Source: a virus
Reading direction: 5' to 3' (one strand)
Length of the DNA: 64,000 nt
IMG/VR virus record: IMGVR_UViG_3300017989_000002
Numbering within the stretch: position 1 is the stretch's first letter; the number at the start of each line of letters is the position of its first letter. Below are positions 29,026-37,600 of the stretch, piece after piece. The notes under the pieces are model-generated. The model did no database searches and was not told the DNA's origin. It saw nothing but the letters and a program-made list of their open reading frames with translations. The position numbers and the translations under genes are program-made.

Positions 29026-29279
29026 GCCTCCAGGTCTCGGGAGCAGTATCCCAAGATGTTGGAACGTGCCTCTTCCAAGGAGTCTAGCGCCTCTTGGAGT
29101 TCGGTACGCAACTTGTTGGTGGTGTCCTTCCACCCTTCCAAGAACTCGGAAGGGCTCGTGCCGGGATTCTGGACGGGGGACCGGACTTCTCGTGCGTAGG
29201 CGTGAAGGATCTCCTCCACTCGGCGCTCTTCGACACGCACCTTCTCGAAGAGCTGCAGGCGTTCCATGTTCTTGTTCAT
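29022..29279 (-). CDS. hypothetical coiled-coil protein (lower GC3)
   Basis: ATGA couplings at both ends. Confidence 0.65.
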   Translation of the reverse strand: MNKNMERLQLFEKVRVEERRVEEILHAYAREVRSPVQNPGTSPSEFLEGWKDTTNKLRTELQEALDSLEEARSNILGYCSRDLEA

Positions 29280-29557
29280 GTGACCCTCGAGTCGTTCGGG
29301 TGGGAGACACCTTGCCGGCGCAGCACTTCCCGGTTCCACAGGGTCGCCTCGGTCCACTCCTCTCCGCTCTCGTCGCGGAACCTCCACTGTCCGCGGAGGG
29401 AAGGGGACGAGGCTCCGGCGAGCAGAGGCACTGAGGGCGGGGGCGGCGCGGAGTAGTCCCAGGACACGCAGCACTCGGGAGGCGCTTCGAGGTTGATCGT
29501 TGCGACTCCGGGCAGAGCGCCTGCGCTGGTCAAGATCTTGAGGTTGTTCAGCGTCAT
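29276..29557 (-). CDS. hypothetical protein
   Basis: ATGA coupling. Confidence 0.6.
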   Translation of the reverse strand: MTLNNLKILTSAGALPGVATINLEAPPECCVSWDYSAPPPPSVPLLAGASSPSLRGQWRFRDESGEEWTEATLWNREVLRRQGVSHPNDSRVT

Positions 29558-29946
29558 GTGCCCAGGTCCTCCTGCACGTCCGACGCCTCCTCGGCGCGCG
29601 CGAGCGAGACCATCTCGTCGAAGACGCGGTCGCCGTAGAGGTGTCGCACGGAACGGAGGAGCGGCACCAGGCCGTGCACCTCCGTGGCGACGTTCGGGGT
29701 GGTGCCGACGCACCGACCGTCGAGGGGGAGCTGGTACTGCACGTCCTTGCCGATCTGCACGACGACTGGGCCGTCGCACCGGTACAGGCTGACGAGCAGG
29801 GACCCGTCGTCGACGCGGCGCAGGTTGATGAGGCCGCCGGCGTCTTCGTCGCCTCCCTTGCCTCGGTGGATGAACTCGACGGTCCGCTCGACGTGGGAGT
29901 GGTGGACGTCGGCGGGGCACTTCAATCGAACTGTGGGTCTGGGCAC
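29554..29946 (-). CDS. hypothetical protein
   Basis: GGAGG RBS, GTG start. Confidence 0.7.
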   Translation of the reverse strand: MPRPTVRLKCPADVHHSHVERTVEFIHRGKGGDEDAGGLINLRRVDDGSLLVSLYRCDGPVVVQIGKDVQYQLPLDGRCVGTTPNVATEVHGLVPLLRSVRHLYGDRVFDEMVSLARAEEASDVQEDLGT

Positions 29947-29979
29947 GTAGGCCTCCAGGTAGGTGTGATGGGTGTGGGG

Positions 29980-30783
29980 CTAGGCCCCGAGGAGGAAGCG
30001 GGCATCGACGAGAGCTCGCTCCGGGCGGGCGTCGAACGCGTCGCGCCACTTCTGGAAGCCGTCGGCCGTGACGGTGACCTTCTTGTTCGCGTGCACGAAG
30101 AAGATCACGGTTCCCGGCCCGTACTTCGCCACGAGCTTCAGGAGCTCGGCCACGTACCGCTTCGGCCGCCACAGCTTCGGGTCGTGGTGCACGACGGCCT
30201 CCCGCTCCGAGTCCGCGCCGTAGACGAAGGCGAGCTTGGTCTGCGCGCCGACGTTGCCGCTCCAGTAGACCTCGTGCACGGACGGCGCGTTCTCGGCCAG
30301 GAAGGCCGAGGGAGAGCGGGCTGAGCACAGGTGGTGGCGCAGGTCACAGACCAGGAAGGTGGCGTGCGGCACGTTCTTGAGCGGCCCGTAGAAGGTGCGA
30401 ATCAGGACCGGCTCCTCCCTCGCCTCGGAGAACTCTCCGATGAGGACCTCGGGCTGCGGCTCGGTGCGCGCGAGCTCGACGAGGTGCTCCTCGATCTCGC
30501 GGTCTCGACGGAGGTGACGCGCGCGGGCGTAGCGGTAGTCGCCCAGGCCGCGATGCCACTCCTTCCAGCCGTTGGGCGGGTCCTCGTAGACGAGGAACTC
30601 CGTGCCGTAGACGGTGAACTGGATGGCGATCTCCACCAGCTCCAGGTCCTTCACGGGGTAGCGCTTCACGCCGTCGCCGTTGAACTCGACGTCCGCGAGG
30701 AGGCTCTCGATGTGGGTCACGATCCCGTACCGGCCGTCGGCCTGGACGCGGTCGTGCTTGCGGATCTCGCTGCTCATGGTCAC
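29980..30783 (-). CDS. hypothetical protein, N-terminal SH3/KOW-like segment
   Basis: HDRVQADGRYGIVTHI..ADVEF. Confidence 0.7.
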   Translation of the reverse strand: MTMSSEIRKHDRVQADGRYGIVTHIESLLADVEFNGDGVKRYPVKDLELVEIAIQFTVYGTEFLVYEDPPNGWKEWHRGLGDYRYARARHLRRDREIEEHLVELARTEPQPEVLIGEFSEAREEPVLIRTFYGPLKNVPHATFLVCDLRHHLCSARSPSAFLAENAPSVHEVYWSGNVGAQTKLAFVYGADSEREAVVHHDPKLWRPKRYVAELLKLVAKYGPGTVIFFVHANKKVTVTADGFQKWRDAFDARPERALVDARFLLGA

Positions 30784-30784
30784 C

Positions 30785-31669
30785 TCACAGGGGGTAGCGG
30801 TCGCGGTTGCGCTGCACCGCGTTCACGTAGTGGAGGACGGCCTGGTCGGGCGCCGATGCCAGGGAGTCCACCTTGATGTTGTGGATGGCGTAGATGGCGT
30901 CGTCGTCGATGTTGTGGGCGCAGGTGCCCTTGCCGGGGTGGCCCGGCGGCTCCTCGATCTCGATCGCGGCCGTGAGCCACTCCTCGTCCGCCCACGGCAT
31001 CCAGGGGCAGTGCAGGTGGAGGTGCTCGACGGTGACCTTGCCCTCGTAGGTGGTGGGCCGCGGGTCCTCCCCGTAGGAGGCCATCACGAAGGACACCGGG
31101 TAGTCGGTGACCGTGGTCGCGAGGCGCTGCTGCGTCACGGGTCCGAACGTCTTGGACAGCAGGGAGCCGCAGGCCTCGGCCCACCACGGGTCGGTCTCGT
31201 AGTTCGACTCGTCCGGGTCGGTGAGCATGCGCCAGGACCACCACAGGTCGAAGTACAGACCGTCGGTCACGTACTGCTCGTTCTGGATGCTGAAGGCGAG
31301 GACGGTGAACGAGCTGTACTTGGTGCGGGTGAAGCCCTTGTCGTGCGCCCACTGGAGCACGGAGTAGACGCCGCGCCACTCCATCCCGCCGTACAGGGCC
31401 AGGAAGGGGAAGGTGAGGCTCCAGGACAGGCCGCCGTCGTCGTCGAAGCCCAGGCTGATGCCCGCCTGGCACCACTGCTTCTTCGCGCACCAGGAGAAGC
31501 GGAACGTGCGGTCCCCGCTCGTGTGCAGGAAGAACCGGTAGTACCAGGGGAAGTGGAACTCGTCCTTGGGCTTGTTGCGCGCGCTCTCGTTGATGCCGTG
31601 CCAGTGGATGCCCTTGGCCTCGAGCCAGTGACGGAAGGAGCGCCAGGGGCGCGGGAAGGTGATCTGCAT
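30785..31669 (-). CDS. Trp-rich hypothetical protein
   Basis: GAGG RBS; high GC3. Confidence 0.75.
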   Translation of the reverse strand: MQITFPRPWRSFRHWLEAKGIHWHGINESARNKPKDEFHFPWYYRFFLHTSGDRTFRFSWCAKKQWCQAGISLGFDDDGGLSWSLTFPFLALYGGMEWRGVYSVLQWAHDKGFTRTKYSSFTVLAFSIQNEQYVTDGLYFDLWWSWRMLTDPDESNYETDPWWAEACGSLLSKTFGPVTQQRLATTVTDYPVSFVMASYGEDPRPTTYEGKVTVEHLHLHCPWMPWADEEWLTAAIEIEEPPGHPGKGTCAHNIDDDAIYAIHNIKVDSLASAPDQAVLHYVNAVQRNRDRYPL

Positions 31670-31676
31670 GAGGACC

Positions 31677-32180
31677 TCAGTGGTAGATGTCGCCGACGGC
31701 CTGGTCGACGCGGAGGAGGTTGGAGAGGTTGCCCATCGAGGGGACAGGCTCGTCGACGAGCTCGCCCTTCACCTGGACCTCGGACATGTCGGACTCGCTG
31801 CTCCGAACGGACAGGTAGGTGGCGTCGCCGTCGCCCGTGAGGAGGACGCCCATGAGGGCATCGACCGGGTCGCCGGCGGCGTCGCCGAACGTGATGCCCT
31901 CGTCCGTGGGGATGACGGGACGGAGCTCCATGGTCACCTCGAGCACGAGGAACGCCACGGTGGCCTTGTGGGCCTTCGCCAGCGCCTTGACCGCGCTGGG
32001 CCGCATGCCGGGCGTCCGGCACGGGGGCATGACGAGCGTGTAGAGGTTGTCGGGGCGCTGTGGGCTCCACAGGTACAGGATCTCCTGCGGCATGGGGCCG
32101 TTCTCGACGCATCCTGCGATGGCGGCGTCGAACAGCTCGCGGGCGGCCGCGAGGCGGCCTTCGGTGGACTGCATGTCCAT
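31677..32180 (-). CDS. hypothetical protein
   Basis: GGAG RBS. Confidence 0.7.
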   Translation of the reverse strand: MDMQSTEGRLAAARELFDAAIAGCVENGPMPQEILYLWSPQRPDNLYTLVMPPCRTPGMRPSAVKALAKAHKATVAFLVLEVTMELRPVIPTDEGITFGDAAGDPVDALMGVLLTGDGDATYLSVRSSESDMSEVQVKGELVDEPVPSMGNLSNLLRVDQAVGDIYH

Positions 32181-32182
32181 GA

Positions 32183-32611
32183 TCACTCCAGGTAGGTGGC
32201 GAGCTCTGACCAGAGCAGCCGCTTGATGTCGTGCCACTCGAGGCGGAGGGTTCGGTCGAGCTCGGGCTCGTACCAGACGTCCCCCTCCTCGTCGGCATCG
32301 GGGTGCTCGGGGTCGTGCTCCCAGGTCCCCTCCGGCGCTGCCTCCGAGAGGATCAGGGCGTCGAGGTCGATGTAGAGCGTGCGCGGCACGTTGATGAGGC
32401 CGTCGTTGATCTGGGCCACGGCCTCGGAGAACCCGGGCCACGTCTCCCAGCCCACGTCAGGCTCCGGGGGGTTGTCGGCGTAGAAGGGGCCGTGCCACAG
32501 GTCCCACCACGCCAGGCGGAGCAGGGTCTTGGTCCCGTCGTCGATGTGGTCGTCGACGTAGTCCCGCAGCGCCTTGGTCTTCGCCTTGGCTCGGTCATCC
32601 TGAGCGTTCAT
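32183..32611 (-). CDS. acidic hypothetical protein
   Basis: GGAG RBS. Confidence 0.7.
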   Translation of the reverse strand: MNAQDDRAKAKTKALRDYVDDHIDDGTKTLLRLAWWDLWHGPFYADNPPEPDVGWETWPGFSEAVAQINDGLINVPRTLYIDLDALILSEAAPEGTWEHDPEHPDADEEGDVWYEPELDRTLRLEWHDIKRLLWSELATYLE

Positions 32612-32855
32612 GGTCGGGCTCCGTGCGGAAGGTGACGGCGGTCGGGTCCAGGCGCGTCTTGCGCGTGCCCGTGGGGGAGGCGGGATCTGCAACCTCGAGG
32701 ACGAAGGAGTTGCCCAGGATGATGCGGTCCAAGGCAGCCTGGTACTCGACGTCCATCTCCTGCACGAGGCGGCGGGTCATGTCCCCGGCCTCGCGGTTGT
32801 CGGCGGCGTCGAAGCGGTCGGCCAGCTTCAGCATCTCGGTGCGAGGGTCGCTCAT
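32595..32855 (-). CDS. small protein carrying a portal-like peptide motif
   Basis: DRIILGNSFVLEV...RLDPTAVTF; ATGA coupling to kinase. Confidence 0.65.
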   Translation of the reverse strand: MSDPRTEMLKLADRFDAADNREAGDMTRRLVQEMDVEYQAALDRIILGNSFVLEVADPASPTGTRKTRLDPTAVTFRTEPDHERSG

Positions 32856-33472
32856 CGCCCCTCCGGCCAGTGCTCGCGTCGAGCACGGTTCGCCAGGGCC
32901 CGAGCCTTGCGCTTGAGGTCGTCGACGGTCCCGTCGTTGAGGATCTTCACGTCCTCCTCGATGCGAGCGAGCTCGGACTCGGACTGGTGCTCGACCCGGC
33001 CCAGAAGGCCGAACGTCGCAGCATGGAGGCATCGCTCCCACCAGGTCGTCGGCGAAGGACCGTACCCGGGGCGCTCGACGCGCACGATCACGAACCCGGC
33101 CTCCCGCAGGAGCTCGGCCTCGTTGAGGAACCGCACGTCGGTCACCACGAAGTCCAGGACGCCGGCGGACTCCCACTGCGGGATGGTGTGGTCGATGGCG
33201 CGCTTGACCCAGATGTCCTGGTCCACGCAGTTGCGCCCCCACTCGGTGCCGAGGGTCTGCAGGATGTGCCGCGTCGTGACGCCGTAGCGCTCGACGACCT
33301 GCTCCTTGACCTCGGCAGGCCCCCACAGAACCTCTCGGCTGATGCCGAGGCCCGTGCAGGCCATCTCCTTGATCGGGTCGGCGAAGGCCACCCGCTGCGC
33401 ACCGAGGGCGATGACCGCCTCCCCGATGGTGTCCTTGCCGTGTCCAGCACGGCCTACGATGGCGAGCTTCAT
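32852..33472 (-). CDS. deoxynucleoside monophosphate kinase
   Basis: GRAGHGKDT, FADPIK, RHILQTLGTEWGR, TDVRFLNE, HQSE. Confidence 0.93.
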   Translation of the reverse strand: MKLAIVGRAGHGKDTIGEAVIALGAQRVAFADPIKEMACTGLGISREVLWGPAEVKEQVVERYGVTTRHILQTLGTEWGRNCVDQDIWVKRAIDHTIPQWESAGVLDFVVTDVRFLNEAELLREAGFVIVRVERPGYGPSPTTWWERCLHAATFGLLGRVEHQSESELARIEEDVKILNDGTVDDLKRKARALANRARREHWPEGR

Positions 33473-33906
33473 GGTCCCTCCAGGGTCTGCTTGGGCATGA
33501 CGCCGAGCGCCTTGCGGAGCATCGGCAGGAAGTTCTCGGCCCACGGCACCCTCCAGGCGACGTCGTTGAGCTCGTCGTCCCGGACGACGAAGGAGCGACG
33601 AAGCTCGGGGGTGGCGAGCGGACGAGGGGGCGGTGCGGGGATGTAGGCCCGGGTGAACACGACCTCCCAGCCCTCGCCCGAGATGGTGCCGAGCTCGGAC
33701 CAGGACTCCATGACGCCAAGGCCGGGAAGCTCCTCGCGCTGCTCGCGCTGAAGCGCCATCGTGATGGTCTCTCCCTCTTCGACCTTGCCGCCGAAGCCGT
33801 TGACGCCCTGGGCTCCCATCGGGCCGTGGGTCTTGAGGTGCACGAGCGCGTACTTGTGCCCGTCCTCGTGCGCGAAGACGGGGATGATGACGACGTACTG
33901 CATCAC
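33469..33906 (-). CDS. NUDIX hydrolase
   Basis: NGFGGKVEEGETITMALQREQREE Nudix box. Confidence 0.85.
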   Translation of the reverse strand: MMQYVVIIPVFAHEDGHKYALVHLKTHGPMGAQGVNGFGGKVEEGETITMALQREQREELPGLGVMESWSELGTISGEGWEVVFTRAYIPAPPPRPLATPELRRSFVVRDDELNDVAWRVPWAENFLPMLRKALGVMPKQTLEGP

Positions 33907-34469
33907 GCCCTCTCCTTGCGGACGGCATCGGCGCCGTCGTCGCGGAGGCAGGCCACGAGCTGGCAGGCCCAGTCCTTGGCGCTGTCCTCGTCGGTGACCT
34001 TGGTGAAGTGGGGCATCTCGTTGATGTGCGCCGTCGCCGCCTCGAGCTCGTCCACCAGCGCCGCCAGGATGGCGAGCTTGGCGACCTGCCCGTTGGCCAG
34101 CTTGCTCATGACCTGGTGCAGCCAGGACAGCGTGTCCGACTCGGTGGCTCCGGCCACGTCGCTGTCGAGGTCGATGTCATCGAAGAAGCCGTCGGGCATC
34201 AGCGCCCGGAACTTGGACTCCTCGACGATGGAGGAGAGGACGCGGCCGCGCGCCTCGCACTCCGAGTCGGTGGCGATGTCGTCCTTGCTGTCGCCGACGT
34301 AGCTGTCCATCAGGCGCTCGGTCCAGTCCTCGGCGGCGGCGGCGTCGCGGACGGTGCTGAACAGGCCGACGTCGGGAGTGGAGCAGGCGTGACCGTCGAG
34401 CACCGCGATGACGCGGACGAGGGTCTCGGGAGTCTCCGACGGGAGGTCGGAGAGAGGAACGAGGGACAT
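33903..34469 (-). CDS. acidic hypothetical protein
   Basis: AGGAG RBS; first gene after the minus-strand CGCATAAG. Confidence 0.75.
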   Translation of the reverse strand: MSLVPLSDLPSETPETLVRVIAVLDGHACSTPDVGLFSTVRDAAAAEDWTERLMDSYVGDSKDDIATDSECEARGRVLSSIVEESKFRALMPDGFFDDIDLDSDVAGATESDTLSWLHQVMSKLANGQVAKLAILAALVDELEAATAHINEMPHFTKVTDEDSAKDWACQLVACLRDDGADAVRKERA

Positions 34470-34514
34470 GGTCGTCTCCTGGTGAGGGGGGTTGAAGGCC
34501 TCGGCTGTCTTCCC

Positions 34515-34522
34515 CTTATGCG
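34515..34522 (-). promoter_or_regulatory. CGCATAAG promoter-like motif (divergent pair with 34553)
   Basis: CTTATGCG on + strand; heads the 26-34 kb minus operon. Confidence 0.7.
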
Positions 34523-34552
34523 CGCATGCGGTGAAATCGCGAAGGGCGTGCT

Positions 34553-34569
34553 CGCATAAGGACTTGGAG
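34553..34569 (+). promoter_or_regulatory. CGCATAAGGACTTGGAG promoter-like motif
   Basis: exact 17-mer shared with 39319, 44881, 58100, 62995. Confidence 0.8.
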
Positions 34570-34609
34570 GCCACGGCTTCCAGGAGAACACTCACCCTCG
34601 GAGAGAACC

Positions 34610-34960
34610 TTGAAAGACCTGCGCTACGACTTCCTCCAGCTGGAGGCGGCGAGTATCGCCGTGCTCGGCTGCATCGACCTCGACTGCATCATCACCGCGG
34701 ACCACACGGCAGCGACCGCCGAGGAGGCCATCATCGACGGACTCCTCGTCATCGAGGCGGACGATGTGGTGTCCCTCGACACGGACCTGGAGCGCGCGCT
34801 CCGGATGCTGGACCCGGAGCAGCGCGCCGTCGTCGAAGCCGCCTACGGCATCGACGGGTGCGACCCGATCTCGATGCGGGACGCGGCCGCCCTGTGGGGG
34901 CGTCGCTCGACGACGCTGCTCACGGAAGGGCTGGAGGACCTGCGGAACTCGCTGACCTGA
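34610..34960 (+). CDS. stand-alone sigma70 region-4-like protein
   Basis: VSLD..LERALRMLDPEQRAVVEAAYGIDGCDPISMRDAA..WG...GLEDLR; TTG start after GGAG. Confidence 0.65.
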   Translation: MKDLRYDFLQLEAASIAVLGCIDLDCIITADHTAATAEEAIIDGLLVIEADDVVSLDTDLERALRMLDPEQRAVVEAAYGIDGCDPISMRDAAALWGRRSTTLLTEGLEDLRNSLT

Positions 34961-34976
34961 CGAATCTGCCCGGCGG

Positions 34977-35010
34977 CCCCGTCGCGACGTCCCTCGACGT
35001 CGTGGCGGGG
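34977..35010. terminator. hairpin between convergent genes
   Basis: CCCCGTCGCGACGTC-CCTC-GACGTCGTGGCGGGG. Confidence 0.7.
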
Positions 35011-35020
35011 TGCGCCCGGC

Positions 35021-35302
35021 CTACGTCTGCGCGCCTTCTTCGCTGTACCCACGCCAGCCGCGGCAGTTTCGGCACACGCAGGGGCCTCCGCTGGCCGCCA
35101 GGCAGGGAACGTCCTCGTCGACGCCCGAAGTCCGCACCATCTCATGGCGGGCCCGCAGGTCCCCCTCGAGGATGGACTTGGACCGCTCCAGGTGGACTTC
35201 GTCCCGACGGTTCATGTACAGCCGCATGCGGAGGGCGCGGGCCGCCTCCTGGCTGATCTCGCCGTAGTCGAGAAGCTCCGAGATGTCCTGCTCGGTGATC
35301 AC
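35021..35302 (-). CDS. small protein with C-terminal Cys cluster
   Basis: GAGGTGAGG RBS; C......PCVCRNC. Confidence 0.65.
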   Translation of the reverse strand: MITEQDISELLDYGEISQEAARALRMRLYMNRRDEVHLERSKSILEGDLRARHEMVRTSGVDEDVPCLAASGGPCVCRNCRGWRGYSEEGAQT

Positions 35303-35333
35303 GCCTCACCTCGCTCCACCAGTTCTTGCCGAG

Positions 35334-35363
35334 AGAGTACACCGGGAACTATCGCGAGTGCAA
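35334..35363 (-). promoter_or_regulatory. possible sigma70-type promoter
   Basis: TTGCAC-N18-TACTCT upstream of 35302. Confidence 0.4.
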
Positions 35364-35457
35364 CTTCTTGGAAAGGGCTACAGTGCGGAGAAGCCACCGT
35401 GGGGGCGGAACTCTGCGGCCTACAGGTTCTTGTGGGTGGAGGCGAACGGGAGGTCCG

Positions 35458-35754
35458 GTGGGACAGAAGCGGAGCAAGAGGCACAAGGGACGCAGCCGCC
35501 AGCCAGCGAAGGGCGTGCCGCGCCCGGACGAGCGCCGCGCCAAGAGGCCCGCCGTCGAGGCGTGGTACTCGGCGGCCCGCCTGCTCCTGTCGAGGATGAG
35601 CAAGGGATGGCGCCTGGTGGTCTTCGAGCGGAGGCTCTACGTCATGCGAGAGGATCTCTGGCAGGCGTGCAGGGTCGACCCCGAGTGCTTCCGTGCCAAG
35701 GAGGAGGGCCTCTGCTTCGACCTCGGACCGGTGTGGGTGTTCCCGCGCCGCTGA
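35458..35754 (+). CDS. basic hypothetical protein
   Basis: GGAGGT RBS, GTG start. Confidence 0.65.
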   Translation: MGQKRSKRHKGRSRQPAKGVPRPDERRAKRPAVEAWYSAARLLLSRMSKGWRLVVFERRLYVMREDLWQACRVDPECFRAKEEGLCFDLGPVWVFPRR

Positions 35755-35760
35755 GGAGCG

Positions 35761-36102
35761 TCAGACGCCGTGGCGGGCCAGGGCGCAGACGGCGGCCAGG
35801 CACCCGAAGAAGGCGGTGGAGCCCGAGCCGAAGGCGATGACGGCCAGCCAGTGCTCGAGGTCGTAGGATCGACGGAGGGCCAGGACGTCCTGGCCCTCCG
35901 TCAGAAGGCGGGCCACGGACTCCGCCCCGACGTCGACGAGCCCTTCCCGCAGGTCTCCCTCTCCATCGAAAGCCCACAGGACGCGTGCGGTGTAGATCGA
36001 GTGGATGAGCGCGTGCACCGTCACGAAGCCCGACGCACTCAAGAACAGGATGACGGACATCCAGAAGAGAGCTGCGATGACGAGAGCTTCGTAGACGGGC
36101 AT
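35761..36102 (-). CDS. two-TM membrane protein
   Basis: GGAGGT RBS; hydrophobic N- and C-terminal helices. Confidence 0.7.
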   Translation of the reverse strand: MPVYEALVIAALFWMSVILFLSASGFVTVHALIHSIYTARVLWAFDGEGDLREGLVDVGAESVARLLTEGQDVLALRRSYDLEHWLAVIAFGSGSTAFFGCLAAVCALARHGV

Positions 36103-36141
36103 GAGGGACCTCCGTGGATCACGGACGTACCCTTGCACGAC

Positions 36142-36636
36142 CTACTGCGCTGCGCTCAGCCACGAACCGACGCGCTCCTTGAACAGGGGCAGATCTCGAC
36201 GTAGGGCGGCGAACTTGACGAACAGCTGGACGATGACCGTCTGGACCTCGTCGATGAGGTGCATCCGGTCCAGAACAGCCTCCTCGGCTCCCTCGGACAG
36301 GATGGAGGGCAGCTTGAGGGCCCGGACGTGGAGGTTCTCGTCCAGCGTGAACGTGAACTCGCGCTCGTCGCGGCGCAGCCCGAGGCGGATCTGCTGCACC
36401 CGCTTGCCTGCGTAGAGGGCAGCGAAGGCCGCGGTGTCCTGCGCGCTGTTCTCGGCGGTGACGAGGACGGTCGCGGTCGAGCCCCCGGAGGGTCGGAACG
36501 CGATGCGATCCTCGACCCAGAGGTCGATCACGCCCAGGCCGGAGACGTTCATGTGCGACTCGGTGTCGGCGATGCACCAGAGCCAGAGGAGGAACTCGGA
36601 CCCGAGGTGGGTCGGGAAGGGGGTGGGCTCGCTCAC
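36142..36636 (-). CDS. RdgC-like protein, C-terminal half of split pair
   Basis: LGSEFLLWLW, ALYAGKRV, ALKLP, DRMHL. Confidence 0.7.
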   Translation of the reverse strand: MSEPTPFPTHLGSEFLLWLWCIADTESHMNVSGLGVIDLWVEDRIAFRPSGGSTATVLVTAENSAQDTAAFAALYAGKRVQQIRLGLRRDEREFTFTLDENLHVRALKLPSILSEGAEEAVLDRMHLIDEVQTVIVQLFVKFAALRRDLPLFKERVGSWLSAAQ

Positions 36637-37253
36637 TGGGCACCTCCTGCGACGGCGATGGGACTGGTGGAGAGGAGGTCCTCCCGCGTGAACACGTCCG
36701 AGACCCAGTCCAGGGGCGACTCCGGACGGAGCACCAGGCCGAACGTGCGGTGGAAGAGGCGCCGCACCGTGTCCCCGGCGTTGTCCGACAGGGAGGCGAA
36801 GTAGGCGATGTTGTTGTGGTAGTCCCACACCAGCTCGGTGACGGTCGACGTCGGGATGGTCTGCGCCAACCACTCGTTCTCCAGGGTCTCCTTGAGCTCC
36901 TTCTTCACCGAGCGAGGGCACCGCTCGACGCCGCGCTCGTCGCACCACGCCTTCATGCGCTTCGCGAGCTCGGCCTTGAGCTCGGCGGCCGGGAGCTTGC
37001 GGCTCTTCACGCGCATGCCGAGGACGATGTGGTCGACGCCGATCAACCAGCGGTTCATGTCATCGAAGTCGGTGCCGGCCCGATCGTCGAAGATGCACCA
37101 GCCTGCCGTCGCCTCCTTCGACCCCGGACGCGGCTCCTTCGCGCTCATGGCCTGCAGCCGGTCTCGGTAGGTGTCGCGCCACCCCTCGCCGAACGACGGT
37201 GGGGACTCGAGGGTGAAGCGTCGGTAGGTGGCGCTCCCGGACAAGATGGACAT
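36633..37253 (-). CDS. rdgC: RdgC-like recombination-associated protein, N-terminal half
   Basis: MSILSGSATYRRF, AGW, RVKSRKLPAA, KKELKE..L...P, LFHRTFGL.L. Confidence 0.75.
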   Translation of the reverse strand: MSILSGSATYRRFTLESPPSFGEGWRDTYRDRLQAMSAKEPRPGSKEATAGWCIFDDRAGTDFDDMNRWLIGVDHIVLGMRVKSRKLPAAELKAELAKRMKAWCDERGVERCPRSVKKELKETLENEWLAQTIPTSTVTELVWDYHNNIAYFASLSDNAGDTVRRLFHRTFGLVLRPESPLDWVSDVFTREDLLSTSPIAVAGGAQ

Positions 37254-37281
37254 CGGACCTCCAGGTGGACGGCACATAACC

Positions 37282-37295
37282 TACCAAACCTACCA
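37282..37295 (-). promoter_or_regulatory. TGGTAGGTTTGGTA direct-repeat site, copy 2
   Basis: identical to 12087-12100. Confidence 0.5.
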
Positions 37296-37346
37296 CGCTA
37301 GGGCACGGCGGATCTGCGTGCGGTAGACTGCACCCACGAGGTCCTC

Positions 37347-37598
37347 ATGCTGCAAGACGCGTTCGTCGAAGAGATGGAGAAGCTGGCCGCGAGCAGTGCT
37401 CTGCCGCCGAAGAAGAAGAAGCTGTCCCGGACGAAGCGCGCCGCCTTGGCCGCTCCCGCAGTGGGCGGAGTCATCGGCGCAGGGCTCGGCGCAGCCGTCG
37501 GGCGCGGCAAAGGGGCCTTCCGCGGCCTCCTGACAGGCTCCGGGGTCGGGTGGCTGGCTCCTGCCGCCCTGGACGCCAAGAGAGCCCTCCAGGGCTGA
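37347..37598 (+). CDS. small basic protein with EMEKLAA leader and glycine-zipper helices
   Basis: MLQDAFVEEMEKLAA; GGVIGAGLGAAVG; CGGTAGACT at 37321. Confidence 0.75.
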   Translation: MLQDAFVEEMEKLAASSALPPKKKKLSRTKRAALAAPAVGGVIGAGLGAAVGRGKGAFRGLLTGSGVGWLAPAALDAKRALQG

Positions 37599-37600
37599 CC

